Made by a program: the position numbers and the translations under genes. A DNA stretch of 64,000 nt from Rebecca billardiae RCC1528 (taxonomy: Eukaryota; Protista; Haptophyta), in contig OZ251234.1 in the NCBI GenBank assembly GCA_965240325.2, positions 868,001 through 932,000 of the forward strand, read 5' to 3'. The notes under the pieces are model-generated. The model ran no database searches. It saw nothing but the letters and a program-made list of their open reading frames with translations, and was not told the DNA's origin. Below are positions 61,495 through 64,000 of this stretch, in pieces (positions within the stretch are counted from its first letter, which is position 1; the number at the start of each line of letters is the position of its first letter).

Positions 61495-61995
61495 ATGGCG
61501 GCGCCGGCCTCGGACGTTGTCGTGCGCGACGATGATCTCATCGACATCACGTCGGAGCCGTTCACCATCGGCTCTCTGTCTGCGCGCGTGGTGCGCTCCG
61601 ACACGGGGGCCGTCGCGTCCTTCTCGGGCACGACTCGCGACAACTTCGACGGCAAGCGCGTGCTGAGGCTCGAGTACGAAGCGTACGTGCCAATGGCCGA
61701 GGCGGAGATGCGCCGAATCTGTGCGACCATGCGGTCCAAGTGGGACCTCAAGGTCATCGCCATGACGCACCGGACTGGACTCGTGCCCATTGGCGAGCCC
61801 AGCATCGAGATCGCCGTCTCCTCCCCGCATCGGCGCGACTCGCTGGAAGCCGTTCACTTTGCCATCGACGAGCTGAAGGCGCGTGTGCCCATCTGGAAGA
61901 AGGAGGTGTACGATGAGCCGGAAGCGCAGGAGCCTTCGGCCGCCTGGAAGGCGAACGCAGAGTGGAGCGGCGCCAAGTGGCATGGTCCGCGGTGA
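61495..61995 (+). CDS. MOCS2: Molybdopterin synthase catalytic subunit (MoaE/MOCS2B)
   Basis: GAVASFSGTTRDNFDGKRVLRLEYEAY.PMA, HRTGLVPIGE.S..IAVSSPHR, IDELKARVPIWKKEVY. Confidence 0.96.
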   Translation: MAAPASDVVVRDDDLIDITSEPFTIGSLSARVVRSDTGAVASFSGTTRDNFDGKRVLRLEYEAYVPMAEAEMRRICATMRSKWDLKVIAMTHRTGLVPIGEPSIEIAVSSPHRRDSLEAVHFAIDELKARVPIWKKEVYDEPEAQEPSAAWKANAEWSGAKWHGPR

Positions 61996-62727
61996 CCTCC
62001 GAGACGATCGGAATCTGACGTCTGACGACTGTGACGTGTGCATGCAGCATGGCCATGCGCTTCGCGGCCGTGTCTGCCCGAGTGCCCGTGACTGAGACTC
62101 AGGGCCGAATCCGGAACTTTGGCGGGCATCCGCGGGCCGAGACCCGAACGTGGCGAGTCCAACCCCCGAGACCGACAGAGCAGCGCAGTGGCGGAGTCCG
62201 CGTTGGCAACCGTTACCAGCCAGCGGCCCACGGGCTGCTGGCGGCCGGGCAGTTAATATGATTATGTAAATACTATTAATAATATTTACAATAGCACTGT
62301 ACCTCAGCTAGTGAACAGTGATGCCTGATGGCATGCCGTACGGCTTACAGTCACTCACTCAGTCAGTAGGGATGACGAGTTACTCCGTAGTCAAACGTGA
62401 AACGAGTAACGACCGCCGCGCAAATAGATATAGGTAGGCCGAGTAGTTAGCCGAGGGATTAATCGAGTGAACTCTGATGACTGAGAGCTTGAGACCTCAG
62501 TCAGGCGGCGGGCTGCCGCAATTGGCGCAATGACAGCCGCAAATCGCAATGCTATTGCTAATAATGCTTAGACGAGACGGCCCATGATGCAGTCGATCTC
62601 ACTAATGATGCGCTTACGACGACGACTGCGGTACTTATTTATGCGGCTCGCGGCAATATGGTTCGTCGTCATTTCGTCGACGCTGCCTCAAGGGCGTTCC
62701 CGGGTCTTGCCACACGCTCCCGAAAGC

Positions 62728-62757
62728 AATGCCCCCCCCCCCGGGGGGGGGGGCATT
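62728..62757. repeat. Perfect 30-bp palindrome AATG-C11-G11-CATT
   Basis: Direct observation. Confidence 0.9.
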
Positions 62758-62935
62758 TCTGTACCGGACTGAGGCGGGCCGTAATCAAATGTACCCGCTT
62801 TGATATGAATTAGAAGTCTCAGTCTAAGCAGCCTAAGGAGTAAGGAGCTCATCATTTTAATAGGAAGATCCTATTCCTGCGGTTCGATTTAGCCGTTATT
62901 AGCGCATGAGCACTCAGATCAGTGCGCGCGGGGAA

Positions 62936-63080
62936 CGCCCCTTCAGCGGGACAGCTACTGGGCCTAGTGGCTATAGTAATACTATACAGTAGACTCAGTA
63001 GTGATGAGTGAATTCGACGCCCGCCCCTTCAGGGACAGCTAGGGCCTAGTGGCTATATAGTGATGCGTGAATTCGACGCG
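62936..63080 (+). repeat. Two-copy tandem repeat
   Basis: CGCCCCTTCAG..GGACAGCTA..GGGCCTAGTGGCTATA...AGTGATG.GTGAATTCGACGC occurs twice. Confidence 0.85.
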
Positions 63081-63162
63081 CGAGTGTAACTGTAAGGCAC
63101 TCTGGGGCCAGCACTTCAACCGACTCAGACGTCACTGAGAGCAGCCCACTCGATGCGCCTCG

Positions 63163-64000
63163 TCATCTGCCGCCGCCGCCGTGGTGCGCGTTGCCGTTGG
63201 GCGCCCCGTTGCCGACGGCGGCACCGTCGGGCGAGGGCGCGCTCGAGACGCGGCCTGCGTTTGAGCCACGCCGAAGCCCGGCTGCGATCGAGCCGAAGCG
63301 GCTTGGCGCGGGCTGCTTGCTCAGCGGCTGCGCGCCGCGCGCGCCGGCGCGCGCCGGGCTGCCGTCCGTGCCCGCCGCCTCCTCGCGCAGCAGCCGCTGG
63401 TGCAGCGCGCGCTTGCCCCAGAACTTCTCGTACTTCTCCGTGTCCGGGTCGCGCTGCCGCAGGATCAGCTCGGTGTCCTCCTCGATGCTCACGCCGAACT
63501 GCTCGAGCGGCAGGTCGTTGGCGTCGGTGCCAAACGGGTTCTCGATCTCGCTCGCGACGGCGTTGATGCCGAGCAGCGCGAACGCGAGCAGCGTCGACAT
63601 GAACGGCGTGAACCCGCCGAACCGCCGCGCGAACGTGAAGGGCGCGGAGAAGACAAAGATGAGCAGCAGGAGGTTGAGCATCTGTACGTACGGGTACGGC
63701 AGCGGCGTGCGCGCGATCCGGTCGGCGGCCATCCACGCGCCGACGAGCTCGTTCAGCCGCTCCTCGACGATGCGCACGTCGTACTTGGTCAGCCGCCCCG
63801 CGCGCACCGACTCGTTCAGCCGGAACGAGAGCCACTGCGCGACGATCGAGACCCGATTCTTGAGCTTGCGCAGCACCTTGACCTCGTTGGGCGTCACCAT
63901 CGACATGTACGGCAGGGAGAGGTCGCGCCGCCGGGGCTCGAGCTCGAGGTGCTGCCGGATCACGGCGTACAGCATGTTGACTAGCCGGCGCAGCTCCGCG
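63163..64000 (-). CDS. Bestrophin (YneE/RFP-TM) family anion channel, 3' part; 5' end lies beyond the window
   Basis: DRIARTPLPYPYVQML..F...PF, LLGINAVASEIENPFGTDANDLPL. Confidence 0.9.
   Translation of the reverse strand, partial: AELRRLVNMLYAVIRQHLELEPRRRDLSLPYMSMVTPNEVKVLRKLKNRVSIVAQWLSFRLNESVRAGRLTKYDVRIVEERLNELVGAWMAADRIARTPLPYPYVQMLNLLLLIFVFSAPFTFARRFGGFTPFMSTLLAFALLGINAVASEIENPFGTDANDLPLEQFGVSIEEDTELILRQRDPDTEKYEKFWGKRALHQRLLREEAAGTDGSPARAGARGAQPLSKQPAPSRFGSIAAGLRRGSNAGRVSSAPSPDGAAVGNGAPNGNAHHGGGGR

Overview
This is eukaryotic, very GC-rich nuclear DNA. Short GC-rich spliceosomal introns and plastid proteins with bipartite signal+transit presequences point to an alga with a complex red-lineage plastid, most likely a haptophyte (inference). 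About 24 protein-coding genes are supported: ankyrin-HDAC, Cys-less pentameric ligand-gated channel, TFIIB/BRF-like factor, cactin, histidine phosphatase, CXXC zinc finger, a 67-aa Cys/His microprotein, two sulfotransferase-like proteins, CtpA, PAO-family Rieske oxygenase, coactosin-like protein, GT29 sialyltransferase-like, F-box-like/ankyrin, RPF2, PMP-repeat surface protein, an inverted pair of small membrane paralogs, TauE/SafE, CpcT/CpeT-like lyase, ShK-prolyl-4-hydroxylase, MATE, GT31, a GT-A-like protein, a permuted papain-like protein, a GT11-like protein, MOCS2B and a partial bestrophin. Genes are mostly arranged as compact head-to-head pairs separated by TA-rich spacers that hold non-autonomous mobile elements. 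The most notable non-coding structures are: a 2.65-kb element whose 32-bp bipartite TIRs start with the V(D)J RSS heptamer CACAGTG (3-bp TSD); a 38-bp pure-palindrome insertion with a 7-bp TSD; a TA-flanked Tc1/mariner-type MITE abutting the PAO start; a solo LTR in a (TA)n tract; and nested tandem duplications. No CRISPR array, rRNA or tRNA was recognised. All calls come from motif recognition by eye; no database searches were run.
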